Source: Spirochaetota bacterium
GTDB taxonomy: Bacteria; Spirochaetota; UBA4802; UBA5550
DNA: 15,476 nucleotides
Reading direction: 5' to 3'
NCBI GenBank assembly: GCA_050298055.1
Contig: JBNKTL010000066.1
Span: forward strand, 1-15,476
Shown here piece by piece: positions 15,354 through 15,476 of the stretch. A model generated the notes under the pieces. That model saw only the letters and a list, made by a program, of their open reading frames with translations, ran no database searches and was not told the DNA's origin. A program made the position numbers and the translations under genes. Each line of letters begins with the position of its first letter. The first letter of the stretch is position 1.

Positions 15354-15476
15354 TTCTTATATACTTATTCCTTTGATTGTTTCTGTTCCGGGTATTGCCC
15401 GCAGTAATATGAAAAACGCATCTTGAGTAAAAAAATTACTTGTTGAATTCATCAAATCATTATGAAATATAATGTT

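Noticed and set aside
15357..15476. 39 open codons on the minus strand ending TAA just before the cobN start (NIIFHNDL...KGISI*)
   Set aside because: Could be the tail of an upstream gene, but it is short, AT-rich and motif-free, so it cannot be distinguished from chance without upstream sequence.
1..15476. CRISPR array, tRNA or rRNA genes
   Set aside because: No regularly spaced direct repeats or RNA gene signatures were seen, and the intergenic spaces are otherwise explained.

Overview
Bacterial window with three parts. (1) At 1-250 is the probable left end of an IS1182-family element (partial transposase N-terminus on the minus strand), which abuts and appears to have clipped a GC-rich palindromic repeat. 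(2) On the + strand is a two-gene unit: a membrane HAMP-GGDEF diguanylate cyclase and a membrane-anchored TPR protein. (3) Converging on it is a ~12.3 kb minus-strand cluster: cobN-type chelatase large subunit, a complete five-gene Nik/Dpp/Opp-family ABC importer, a Gate-domain membrane protein, a nested hairpin/MITE-like insertion, and a chlI/chlD-type AAA+/vWA locus. The strongest signal is at the chlI/chlD junction. The vWA reading frame is -1 relative to the ATPase frame and opens exactly at an A9 tract (3952-3960). This matches the programmed-frameshift chlD architecture, in which one gene yields both the small (348 aa) and medium (~651 aa) chelatase subunits. The coupling of a Cys-rich CobN to a peptide/nickel-type importer with an unusual basic binding protein, with no cobalamin pathway genes in the window, suggests an uptake-linked tetrapyrrole/metal chelation module of unknown specificity. 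A spirochaete host is a weak inference from the lipobox and the style of the signalling genes.
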